Position numbers and translations under genes: made by a program. The notes beneath the pieces are model-generated. The model did no database searches and was not told the DNA's origin. It worked only from the letters and a program-made list of their open reading frames with translations. Positions 32,128 to 43,264 of a DNA stretch of 64,000 nt are shown in pieces (within the stretch, counting starts at the first letter, position 1; the number at the start of each line of letters is the position of its first letter). The stretch is taken from positions 64,001 to 128,000 of the forward strand of contig CAWCRS010000005.1 of NCBI GenBank assembly GCA_963798085.1, read 5' to 3'. Source of the stretch: an uncultured Gemmatimonadales bacterium. Lineage in GTDB: Bacteria > Gemmatimonadota > Gemmatimonadetes > Longimicrobiales > RSA9.

Positions 32128-35100
32128 TCAGTGCCGGCCGCCGGAGCCGCCGGCGCCCGCCGTGGAGGTGATTTCCTCCAGATTCAGGTTGAACGGCACA
32201 GCGCCCTGGAGCTGGCCCTGGAGCAGCACCGCGGCGAAGGGAACGCGGCCCGCGGGCAGCGTCGCGGCCAGCCAGGCGTGCGCCTGTACGGTCCAGTGCT
32301 CGCCCACCTTGTGCTCGTGCGCGACATCCGCAGTGCTGACGCCGCCGAAGGATGGATTGAGCACCACATCGAGATAGTCGTACGTCGTCGTTTGCGACGG
32401 AACCGTGGGCGCATCCACCACCACCCGCCACTTGCCCGCCGCCGGGTTGTTCACGGTCACGACTTCATCGCCCAGCGGATCGCTGTCCGTGCGCGGCGAG
32501 CGGCTGCAGCCGTTCTTGCCCGTGCAGTCGAACACATACACGTCGAGATCGGCGCCGGCATCGGCGGGCCGCGACACACGCACCAGCAGATTCGTCGAGC
32601 CGGGCGGCACGTCGATGTCGAAGCTGTTCTGCTCCTTCTCGTGGATGGTGGGGTGCTCGCGCCGCGCGCTGCCCAGCGGTACGCCCGCGGCAGCGCCGTT
32701 GAAAGCGGCCATGCGATTGGTAATAGCGAGTTCGTATGTGGCCGTGCCGCCCGCGCGATTCAATGCCGCGGCTTCGGGCTGCACCGCGACGTCGCTGGCC
32801 AGTGCCGAGACGGTGAGCGTCGCCGGCGTAGGCGGCACCGGGCCGCCCTTCTCGGACGCAGCGTAGTCGAATGTGTTCATGTCGGCGAGGTCGGAAAGGC
32901 GGACCTCCCACACACCCGGCATCGGGTCGTTCACGATGTAGGTGGCGCGCATGCCTGCGCCGCCTCCCCGGCCACCACCGCCGCCACCGCGGCCCCGGCC
33001 CGTGTTCTCGGGCGTGGCGCGGACCGCCTGCGCCGTGCGCGTGTCCGGCTCCACCGCGGCCACGGCCAGCTCCCGCGTGGCGCCGGCAATGTCGATGCGC
33101 AGCGCGGTCGCGCCTGCAGGCACATTGTAGAACCAGCTGCGCATCTCGGGCCGCGGCACCTCCACCTTCTGCTGTACCGAGAAGTTGTTGGCGCTCGTCA
33201 GCTGCTCGGCGGCCACGATCGCGGTGAGCATGCGATAGGCGTGACCCGGTAACGTCGCGTTATCGAGCGTCAGGATGGCCGTGTGCGCGCCCGCGCTGCG
33301 CGGCGCAATGGCAATGCTCACGGGCACGGGCTTGTTCAGCGGCAGCGTGACCGAGGCGGGCGCCGAGAAGGTGGCGCTGTCGTTCCCGATCCAGTTGAGA
33401 TTGAAGGCCATGTCCTGCTTCGGTCCGGTCGTGCGGGTGAAGGTCACGGTGCGCTCGCCGTGATCGCCCGCGGCCCAGCCCTCGCGCTCGTAGAGGCCCA
33501 CGCCTGCATTGGGTGTGGGCAGCAGGCCGCTGAGCACGTGACGCACGGGCGCGTGACTCGTGATCGCCACCATGGGCGGCGCCTTGTCCAGCTGCTGCAG
33601 CATGTCCCATGCAGCGCCCACATTGAATACGCCACTGCCCTGCTTGTAGGCGGGCAGGTGCGGCACGTACCTCGCCGTGCTGACCACCGCCTGCTTGATG
33701 CGGAACGCGTCGTAGTGCACGCCCGTCTGCTTGGCCGCGCTGATGAGCAGCGCGACGGCGCCCGCGGCAGTGGGAGTCGCGGTGGAGGTGCCGCCCGAGA
33801 TGCGGTAGCCCGGAGGCAGCTTGTAGAGCCCGGCGAAGAGACCGCCGGCTTCCTCAAAGCCGCGATTGCCGCTGATGTAGTTCGAGGGCGAGATGATGTC
33901 GGCGCCGAACGCGCCATTGCCCATGGGACCGTAGCCGCCCGTGATGAGCAGATTGTCATCGTGCTCGACGCGCACGCCGTGGTTCACCAGGAAATTCTCC
34001 TTGCCCTCCTGCCCGCCGATGCCAATGGCGCCGTCCGCCATCACGATGTCATCGGTGCCGCCCAGCACGGGATAGTTGTGCGTAGGGATGATCAGCGGCT
34101 TGTGGTACTTCGCAATGAGCCGGCCGTAGATCACGGTGGGCACCAGGCGGCCGTCGCGCAGGGTGTAAGGCCGCGTTATGCCGGAGCTCTGCTCCATCCA
34201 CACGACATCCACGCGTGGATTCTTGACCGCGCGGATCACCGCCTCGGTCTGGCCGTAGGCGGCGCCGCCCTCGGGGAAGCTGCCCAGCTGGGCGCCCGGC
34301 GCCACGCCGTCGAAGCGGCCATTGGTGCCGCGGCTGCCGAGCGCGGAGCCCGTGATCAGCGACGCGTGCTGCGCCACGCCCAGATTGAGCGCGACGCGCT
34401 TCTTCGCATGATCGATCTGCACGCCGAAGCCGACGGACTCGCGCACGGGCGTGGCCGGATCGTCATGACCCAGCACACCGAACTCGGGCCGCACGCTGAA
34501 GTCGGTGAACGCCTTCTCGTCCGTGAAGCTGTGATTCTGGTTGGTGTCCACCCAGACGTTGTCGCTCTGCTCGTCCCAGATCACGGCGAACAGGTGGCTC
34601 GCGTCCTTCGGATTGCCGTCGCGGTTCAGGTCCTTGTCGACGCCTGCGCGCGACAGCGAATCGAACTTCACCTCGTCCAGCAGCTCGATGCGGAAGGCGC
34701 CATCGTGCGGCGCCGTGTAGGTCTGGCCCTCGTAGGAGAACTGGCCGCCGGTGGCGGTCACGCCATCCTTCATGCGCAGCCAGCGCCCATCATCTTCCTC
34801 GTCCGGATCCAGCGAATTCTCGTAGACGATGATCTTCTGGATGGGCTTGCCGTCGATGGACGTGGCCACCTGCAGCTCGGGTTCGAGCGGATCCGGGCTC
34901 AGGTCGATGAGTCCCATGGTGACGCCGCGGCCGTCGAAGGTCGGGTGGTCGCGCCGGAAATCGAGCGCCCGCAAGTCGCCCAGCGGGCTGTAACGGTGCG
35001 TTACCGGGTAGGCTCGGAGAGCTTCGGCGGCCATTCCTGGTTCTGCTCCTGCGTATTCGCCTTTGCCCCGCTCTCCGACTGCAGCGACCCCACGTACTCC

Positions 35101-35453
35101 CCCGCGCTGCCACCGCCGAAGCTGCCCTGGGGGCGTGAAATGTCCAGGCTGTGCACATTGGCGCTGCGCACCAGCTTCTCGACGCTGTCGACGGGGAAAC
35201 GCGCGCGCAGGTAGTCGACATCATCGTCGCGGTACTCGATGGTACCGCCCATCGCGGTGAGCGTCTTCGCCAGCCGGGCATTGGCGCCCGGCATGCTGGC
35301 AATGACCAGCAGCACATCCTTCTCGCCGCGCATGCGCGCGGTGATCAGGTCCTCGCGCGCGTCCTTGAAGAGAAACGGTCGACGGGGGGTCTGCGCGCTT
35401 GCGGCCTGCGCAACCAGGGTGAGCAGCAGTGCCACACTCCAGCGGGATCGCAT
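32128..35453 (-). CDS. Secreted S8 subtilisin-like peptidase (divergent); frameshift near 35010
   Basis: Signal peptide in ORF 35001..35453; DGRGVTMGLID, QHASLITG, GVAPGA, SGGTSTATP..AGAVALL; C-terminal PPC-like domains. Confidence 0.8.
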
Positions 35454-35706
35454 GGTTTCCTCCTCACTGGCCGGACAACGGGAATTACGTGTATCGGGGG
35501 GTGTGAACAGCGTTCATTCTACGCGCACGCAGCGACCGGGGAAATGGGCGCTGCACGGACGTGGCCGGCACGGGCGGGCCGGGACGCGGGCTGCGCAGGC
35601 CGCGGATCCGGCGATGTCCAGGTTGGCGCCACAACCGCGCTTCTCACACTGGGGTCGTTGTTGATGGCCCGGTGTGCAGATCCAGCGTTTCGCGACCCGC
35701 AGGGGC

Positions 35707-37137
<1,431 letters not shown>

Positions 37138-37161
37138 GTCACGACACCGCGCGCGGCCGCA

Positions 37162-38682
37162 TCACTCCGTGTTAGGCGTGATGGCCAGGATCTCGTGCTG
37201 CCCGTTCGGATGGCGCCGCGCCACCATGTTGTACACGCGGTGGCGCGTACGACCCTGGAACACGGGATAGCGGTGGCCGGTCCGGCGATGCTTCACGCTG
37301 CCCACCCGCCGCGAGTTACGCGCCAGCTTCTGCACGCGACGGCGCACGGCGGCGTGCGGCTTCTGCTGCACCGACGGCGGCAGCGACGACTGCGGCTGCA
37401 TGCGCATCAGGCGGTCGAGAATGTCCTGCAGCACCGTGGCGCTGATGGTCACGCTGTGGCCGTCCGCTGTCATGGCCGAAGCGTCTGCGGCCCGGTCGGG
37501 ACCGGAGGCGGCATCGTCGCCTGCACCCTCGAGCGGCGGCCCGCCACCCGGCGGAGGCCCATCCTCGAACTCGTAGGCCCACTCGTCTTCCAGTTCGAAC
37601 TGCGTGGTGATGGGCAGCTGCTTCGCTTCCGTGTAGGCATCGCTCAGCCACTTGCCGTATGTCGACACCTGGCCGGAACCGTTGTAGTAGGTGGCGAACT
37701 GAGTCCAGTTCCGGTCGCGCATGTACTTGACGAGATCGCCCGCCTGCGGCGCTGCCTGGTTGTGGCAGAAATCGAAGAAGCCCAGCACGTGCCAGCGCTC
37801 GTCCGCCTGGAACGCGTTGTACATGTCCACGGCCGAGGCGTACCCTAACACCTTGTAGTTGGAGCACAGGATCTGCGGGCCGCCAATGCTGATGCACTGG
37901 ACGGCCAGCGACTGGCCGGCCAGCCGGGTTGCCAGGGCGAGCGCCTTGTACTCGTCGGCCTGCTGGCCCGTGTGCAGCGGCTTCCAGGCGGCGGTCGTGC
38001 TCTCGCGGTACTGATGGTTCTCCCAGGAATTGCCGCTCACGCCGGCGTGGCCACCGTGCCGGAAGTACTGATCGTACGTGGATTGCGCCCCGCTGCCCCA
38101 GACCTTGTAGAGCAGGTGGTTCTCGAAGCGGATGATCGCCTGGTTGGGCGTGTGCGTCTTGCCGCCGCTTTCCACTTTCCACACGGCCAGCACCGCCTGC
38201 GGCTCGATCACCAGTTGTGAGGCGACCTTCTGAATCAGGCCGCCCACGCGATTGTACGTGTCCGCGATCGCCTTGCGTGCGCTGGACCAGCCGGCCTCCA
38301 CGAAGATGGGCTTGGGCGGTCCGAGAAACGCCTTCTGCAGGTCGGGCTGATCCTTGAGATACGGCGATGGCGGCGCGGCGGGCGCTGACGCAGGCGGTGC
38401 CGGTGCCGGTGAGGGCGCCGCCGGGGCGGGTGCAGGCGCGCTGCCGCCGAAGGGATTGGGGATCCACGACACCGCACGCTTCAGGGTGTCCATGCTGGGC
38501 AGCCAGCTGGAGCCGGGCGACTCGAATTCGAATTCGAACTCACTGTCAGGCCCGGCCTGGAAGCTCTCCGCTTCCGGCTGATAGAACCGGGCCGCGCGTT
38601 CGCCCAGCTGCGCGCGCCGGCGTTGGGCACGGCGAGCGCGGAAGCCGCGGTTGCCATACTCGCGATCGTCTGTGTACTGCAT
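37162..38682 (-). CDS. N-acetylmuramidase (DUF3380/phage-endolysin-like) domain protein with acidic FEFE motifs and unknown C-terminal domain
   Basis: AAAGGAG RBS; AVWKVESGG, IRFENH, SIGGPQILCSNY, WTQFATYYNG motifs; no signal peptide. Confidence 0.8.
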   Translation of the reverse strand: MQYTDDREYGNRGFRARRAQRRRAQLGERAARFYQPEAESFQAGPDSEFEFEFESPGSSWLPSMDTLKRAVSWIPNPFGGSAPAPAPAAPSPAPAPPASAPAAPPSPYLKDQPDLQKAFLGPPKPIFVEAGWSSARKAIADTYNRVGGLIQKVASQLVIEPQAVLAVWKVESGGKTHTPNQAIIRFENHLLYKVWGSGAQSTYDQYFRHGGHAGVSGNSWENHQYRESTTAAWKPLHTGQQADEYKALALATRLAGQSLAVQCISIGGPQILCSNYKVLGYASAVDMYNAFQADERWHVLGFFDFCHNQAAPQAGDLVKYMRDRNWTQFATYYNGSGQVSTYGKWLSDAYTEAKQLPITTQFELEDEWAYEFEDGPPPGGGPPLEGAGDDAASGPDRAADASAMTADGHSVTISATVLQDILDRLMRMQPQSSLPPSVQQKPHAAVRRRVQKLARNSRRVGSVKHRRTGHRYPVFQGRTRHRVYNMVARRHPNGQHEILAITPNTE

Positions 38683-38707
38683 GGCTCGTTCTCCTTTCCG
38701 CTCGCTG

Positions 38708-40432
38708 TCAGCGCGCAGTGCGCTCGCGCAGCATCCGGTTGCGCAGGTGAACCGCGGGTGGCAGGAAGCGGCCGTCGTCGCGCGTTCTTGCCTGCACCAC
38801 GGGCGTGTCGGTGAGACTGACACCCGTGACCACTTCGTAGGCGTGGATGTAGCCCTGGATCTCTTCCTTCCAGAAGCGCACCCATGCCTTGGCGAATGCC
38901 TGATCGCCAATGCTGTTCCACGCGACGTAGCGGATGGACAGCAGCAGCCGCTCGCCGTAGCGCGCCAGGTCGTTGAAGTTGATGCTGCTCGCGGGATGCC
39001 AGCCCTGCAGCCGCTTCATGGCATCGACGCCACCCATCCACTGCTCCGGATACGCCACCATCAAGCGGCCGCGCAGGAACTCTTTCATTTCCGGGCGCGC
39101 GATCATCCACTGCTGCAGCAGCATCTCGGCGCGCGCGGTCCACGGCAGATCGCGGAACTGGTTGTGAGCGCCTTCCGAGAGCACGAGGTGCACTTCCTTG
39201 AGCGAGCTGAGCACGGCGAACGCATCCGGGTTCACGGTCATGTCGTTGTCGAGCTTGATGAACAGATCGCACTCGCGCAGCAGCGTGTGGAACGCCTCGA
39301 TGAAGCGCGAGCGTGGATCCGCCGTGCGCATGGGCGGGATGGCGCGGCCGTACATGGTGAGTCCGTAGTGGTGATTGTACTCGTAGGCGCGCCGCACGAC
39401 GCTCAGCCGGTTGGGCTCATCCTGGATGTAGCCCCAGATGAAGCCGCCCAGCGGACGCAGCGGATCCAGCTCCAGCTCCGCCAGCGGATCACGACCGCCA
39501 TTCCTGCGCACGTTCTGGAAGCGGTGCGTGATGGCGTTCATGGTCTGCGTCAGCATGCCCTCTTCCATCCAGTACGACCAGATCAGCTCGATCATGGCGG
39601 GCGCACTGATGAGGCGGTGGTCCCAGATCGCGGACTGGCTCGATGCCGGCGTCACGCGGCCGCCGGGAAACACCGAGGGAATGATGGCGCGCAGATAGCT
39701 CCGGCTCGACGTGCCGAGGAACGTCGCCAGCACGCGTTCTGCCTCGCGGTATGTAAGCGACTGTTGGGGCATCAGCCGGTTCACGGTGCGATCGATCACC
39801 GCCTGCGCCGCCTGTGCGCCCGTGGCGGCATCGCGCGGAATGGGCAGCGGCATGGGATACGGGAAGTGGGTTTCCAGGTCGTGGTGCGCGACACCACCCT
39901 GCAGCAGCAGGAACGCCTCCGCCGCCGTCTTGAGCAGACCGTACATGTCGGTGCCCGGGATCGGGTGCAGGTGACGCAGCCGGTCGATCTGCGAGGCCAG
40001 CCGCGGGTTCGCTTCCTTGCCCGGATCGCCCCCCACCACACGCATCAGGAATTCATCGAAGCGCGGGAACGCGATGGACTCGCTGTGCAGCAGGATCGCC
40101 ATCCAGAAGACGCTGAGCTTTTCATCCGGCACCTCGAGCGGGCGCGTGAGCGCGCGCTCGATGGTGGTCAACGCCGGGAACTTGTCGGCGATCGCACCCA
40201 GGGCACCGGCGACGATGGGCGGCACCTCGTGCGCGAGGGCGCGACCAATGGCGCTGCCCGTCTCGGGATCCAGCCGCACCGTGGGCGAGAGCGGCGGCCG
40301 CGCCGCGTCGTCGCTCACCAGGGCATCGATAAGTTCGCGTTTGCGCCGGTGATCACCGCCCAGCTGGCGCTCGCGGGCCAGGGTGCGCAGCTCGTTGAAC
40401 TTCATGTCTTCGTATCTCGAACGATCAGCCAT
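38708..40432 (-). CDS. Conserved-looking hypothetical protein (574 aa) with N-terminal Rho-N/HEH-like motif
   Basis: AGGAGG RBS; YEDMKFNELRTLARERQL...RKRELIDAL; aromatic-rich core ELIWSYWMEEG...RRAYEYNHHYGL; function not recognised. Confidence 0.8.
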   Translation of the reverse strand: MADRSRYEDMKFNELRTLARERQLGGDHRRKRELIDALVSDDAARPPLSPTVRLDPETGSAIGRALAHEVPPIVAGALGAIADKFPALTTIERALTRPLEVPDEKLSVFWMAILLHSESIAFPRFDEFLMRVVGGDPGKEANPRLASQIDRLRHLHPIPGTDMYGLLKTAAEAFLLLQGGVAHHDLETHFPYPMPLPIPRDAATGAQAAQAVIDRTVNRLMPQQSLTYREAERVLATFLGTSSRSYLRAIIPSVFPGGRVTPASSQSAIWDHRLISAPAMIELIWSYWMEEGMLTQTMNAITHRFQNVRRNGGRDPLAELELDPLRPLGGFIWGYIQDEPNRLSVVRRAYEYNHHYGLTMYGRAIPPMRTADPRSRFIEAFHTLLRECDLFIKLDNDMTVNPDAFAVLSSLKEVHLVLSEGAHNQFRDLPWTARAEMLLQQWMIARPEMKEFLRGRLMVAYPEQWMGGVDAMKRLQGWHPASSINFNDLARYGERLLLSIRYVAWNSIGDQAFAKAWVRFWKEEIQGYIHAYEVVTGVSLTDTPVVQARTRDDGRFLPPAVHLRNRMLRERTAR

Positions 40433-40447
40433 GACTACCTCCTGGGT

Positions 40448-41756
40448 TCAGACGGCAAGGGCCATGGGCGCGCGGCTGCTGCGTGCGGCAGCGCGCACGT
40501 GCGCGGCTTCACGCCGCAGCGCCCAGAACGTGAGCAGATCGGAAACCAGACGACCTTCGCCTTCCGGCGTCAGCCGCCCGTCGAAGCGGGCCTGACCGAT
40601 CAGCGCGAATGCGAGCGACGGCGGCAGCTCGCGCACTCGCTCGAACGAGCCGCTGAGCGGACGGAACGCCGCGCGCAGCCGGTCGGGTGGATGGGTGTCT
40701 ACGCGCAGCGCATCGGCCAGTGACTCGCCCTGCAGCCGGGGCGGCTGCAGCCGAGCCAGCCGATACGCCAGTTGCGGCAGCGTATCGCACAGCGCGTCGA
40801 TCGTGCGCCGACTCGCGGCCGGCAGATCCTCGGGCAGCGGATACGTCGCCCGCCAGGCACTCGCCAGCGCCTGCCACTGCGGGTGCGGAAACAGCGCATC
40901 GCCCATGGCACAGCTCAGCAGCATGCGCAGCCATGGCATGGGGTGCGGATCGTCTGTGGTGGCACGAAAGACGAACGCGCGCGGCAGTGTGACCAGCGCC
41001 ATGAGTCCCAGCGTCGAGGCAATGCCCACGCGCGCCACGGCCCACAGGTCAGCCAGGATCTCGGAGATCCAGCGCTGCCGAGATGGGCCAGGCCAGCCGC
41101 TCGGGCCCGCCGCGGCGCTGCCGTGCTTCGAACAGGTCGTTAGCAGCGTGCACCAGGTCCAGCAATGCCGCCGCCTGGTGCCCGACCTCGTGCACCAGCG
41201 ACAATGCCACGCCCGAGCCCACCATGCGCTCGCGCGGGACACGCACAATGGCCACCGGGTTGGCGGCGCCGCCCGGCAGTCGCGTGCGCGCGCGCCGGAT
41301 GGCAGCGCCGTGACCGCGATCCAGATAGCAGACCACGGGTGGCGCTTCGAAGCAGCCCGGCAGCGCCAGTGCATCGGACGCCGCGACGTCGAGCCCCGCC
41401 AGCCAGACGCCGGTCGGCTGCTCGCTGCGCTGCGTCAGCACATCGGCGAACAGATCGAACTGCGTCAGTACGAGGTTGAAGCGCAGGCGCAGAAACGCGA
41501 AGCGACGCTGTGCTTCCGCAGCGCCCGCCAGTTCCACGTCGTGGTGCAGCCATCCGAGAAAGTCTTCCAGCCGGTGACGCAGCTCGACGCGACCATCGGC
41601 GAGAAAGGCATCAATGGCGAGGCGTGCGGCGGGCGAGAAGGACGCGGCCGGCACCATCACCTCGTTGAGCGCAAATGGCCGCACCAGCGACAGCCGCACC
41701 ATCAGCGCTCTCGCCTCCTGCTCGAGCAGTCGCACGGCAAAACGTTCGGGACTCAA
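40448..41756 (-). CDS. HEXXH zinc-metallopeptidase-like protein; frameshift near 41085-41095
   Basis: TTG start at 41756; LVHEVGHQ, then after the shift QRWISEILAD (third ligand Glu) and DDPHP. Confidence 0.72.
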
Positions 41757-41821
41757 CCCCAGACCCCGAGCAGGATGATGCGATTGCCCTCCCGCACCCA
41801 TTGCCCGCGTTGCGCGCGCGG

Positions 41822-42481
41822 TCAATGCGCGGGGTGCGGCCCCTCGTCGCGTACGGCGTGCGCAATGACGCGCCCCAGACCGGGCGCGTGCCGGCGCGCA
41901 GCCGCCAGCACCGCATTCCGGGCGACGTGGGCGGGTGGAGCTGCGTGCGGCGTCTCCGCTGCTTCGTGCGCGGCATCGGCGCCCAGGCGCACGAGGCGGC
42001 GCGCCACTTCGAACTCCTGGTCCTCGCCGCTCATCCCCTCCAGCTCGAGGCCGAACATGCGACCGGCGGTCGAGCCGAGCTTGCGCCCTAACACCGTGCC
42101 AGCACCCGGCAGCAGCACGCTGCCCACGGCCGCGCCGGTCAGCGGCAGCGCCGTCTTGGTCACCTGCTTCAGTACGCCACCCAGCGCGCGGCCCACGGGT
42201 GAGTGCGCCATACCGCGTACGCCTCTGGCCGCACGCGCGATCAGCTTGCCGAAGAAGTTCTCCAGCTCGTCTTCCGATGTGACTTCCAGCAGATTCGACG
42301 CGAGCTCCATTTCCTCGACTTCATCGAATACCGCCTCACCGTACAGCTCGCCCGCGGTCTGCTCCTGATCCTCGTCCTCGTCGAGCATCTCGAGCTCGAA
42401 GCCGTCGCCAGCGGCCTCGAACTCGGGCTCAATGTCGTACTCGGGCTCGACTTCGAGGAGGTTTCGATCCAGGTCGTGCAT
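41822..42481 (-). CDS. Acidic helical protein with glycine-zipper-like segment; probably extends through the in-frame TGA to 41753
   Basis: GGGAGGG RBS; MHDLDR, EEMELASNLLEVTSEDELENFFG, GAAVGSVLLPGAGTVLG, FGLELEG..EDQEFEVARR. Confidence 0.8.
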   Translation of the reverse strand: MHDLDRNLLEVEPEYDIEPEFEAAGDGFELEMLDEDEDQEQTAGELYGEAVFDEVEEMELASNLLEVTSEDELENFFGKLIARAARGVRGMAHSPVGRALGGVLKQVTKTALPLTGAAVGSVLLPGAGTVLGRKLGSTAGRMFGLELEGMSGEDQEFEVARRLVRLGADAAHEAAETPHAAPPAHVARNAVLAAARRHAPGLGRVIAHAVRDEGPHPAH

Positions 42482-42529
42482 GGGCCCTCCCGGTAACTGG
42501 AAATGCAAATGCTTCCAGCCGTCCGGGCA

Positions 42530-42545
42530 GGCACGCACCGCGCCA
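42530..42545 (-). promoter_or_regulatory. Sigma54 -24/-12 promoter of the four-gene operon
   Basis: Minus strand TGGCGCGGTGCGTGCC; GG-N10-GC spacing; about 50 nt upstream of ATG 42481; adjacent IHF site. Confidence 0.62.
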
Positions 42546-42548
42546 CGC

Positions 42549-42561
42549 CAAGTTGTTGATT
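42549..42561 (-). promoter_or_regulatory. IHF binding site
   Basis: Minus strand AATCAACAACTTG matches WATCAANNNNTTR exactly, at about -30 to -42. Confidence 0.65.
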
Positions 42562-42682
42562 CTTCGTGGGTGGGAGTGAAGCCAGTTTCGGTAGGGGTGC
42601 AGCGGACGGGCAAAGCTGCGAAGTCGCCTTCGCACGCGATCGCAGCCTTCAGCCCCGGATCAGGCCGGCTGGTGCTCCACCT

Positions 42683-43140
42683 CGCTCAGCAGAGCGGCGC
42701 CGCGGACAAGGGCGCGCAGAGCATGCACCGCCCGAGCGAGGCCATCGAACGCATCAAGGCCTCCAGCGATGCCCAGCAAGATCGTGAAGACCATCAATGA
42801 GATCGCCTTCCAGACCAGCCTGCTGGCCCGCAATGCGGCCGTCGAAGCGGCGAGTGCCGGTGACGCGGGCCAGGGCTTCGCCGTCGTCGCCGAGGAAGTC
42901 CGCAACCTCGACATGCGCAGTGCGGAAGCCGCGCGCAACGCGGCGTCGCTGATCAGGAACCCATCAGGAATGCGGAAGGCGGCGTGCAGATCAACACCGA
43001 GGTGACGGCCAACCTGTCGCAAATCAACGGCGCCATTGACAAGGTGCGCGAAGTGATAGGCGAAGTCGCGGCCGCCAGTCAGGAGCACGACGAAGTGATC
43101 CGCCAGATCTCACCGCCATGGACCAGGCGAACGGCGTGAC
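42683..43140 (+). pseudogene. Methyl-accepting chemotaxis protein signalling-domain remnant
   Basis: [44 protein letters not shown] with degenerate substitutions, frameshifts and no N-terminus. Confidence 0.85.
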
Positions 43141-43264
43141 ACACGCGCGGAGCCTGCCGCGCCCGTGCGCCGGGCGGCGCTCGCCGAATTCTGACAGCAG
43201 CGTCGTCGCCTTTCCAGACGGCGATTCCCGCAGGTCCATGGAACGCGGGCTCCATTTCCGGGGA

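Noticed and set aside
35504..35516. LexA (Cheo) box
   Set aside because: Spacing is GAAC-N3-GTTC rather than N4, and the flanking genes are not SOS genes.
37162..38682. Prophage inferred from the endolysin-like muramidase
   Set aside because: No recognisable capsid, terminase, tail, integrase or canonical holin genes in the window.
41790..41824. Selenocysteine recoding of the TGA in gene A
   Set aside because: There is no redox motif context, and the downstream GC hairpin is not distinctive enough to call a SECIS.
42683..43140. Functional small chemoreceptor belonging to the sigma54 system
   Set aside because: Conserved hairpin residues are mutated ([15 protein letters not shown]), with several frameshifts and no start or sensor domain; it is decayed debris.
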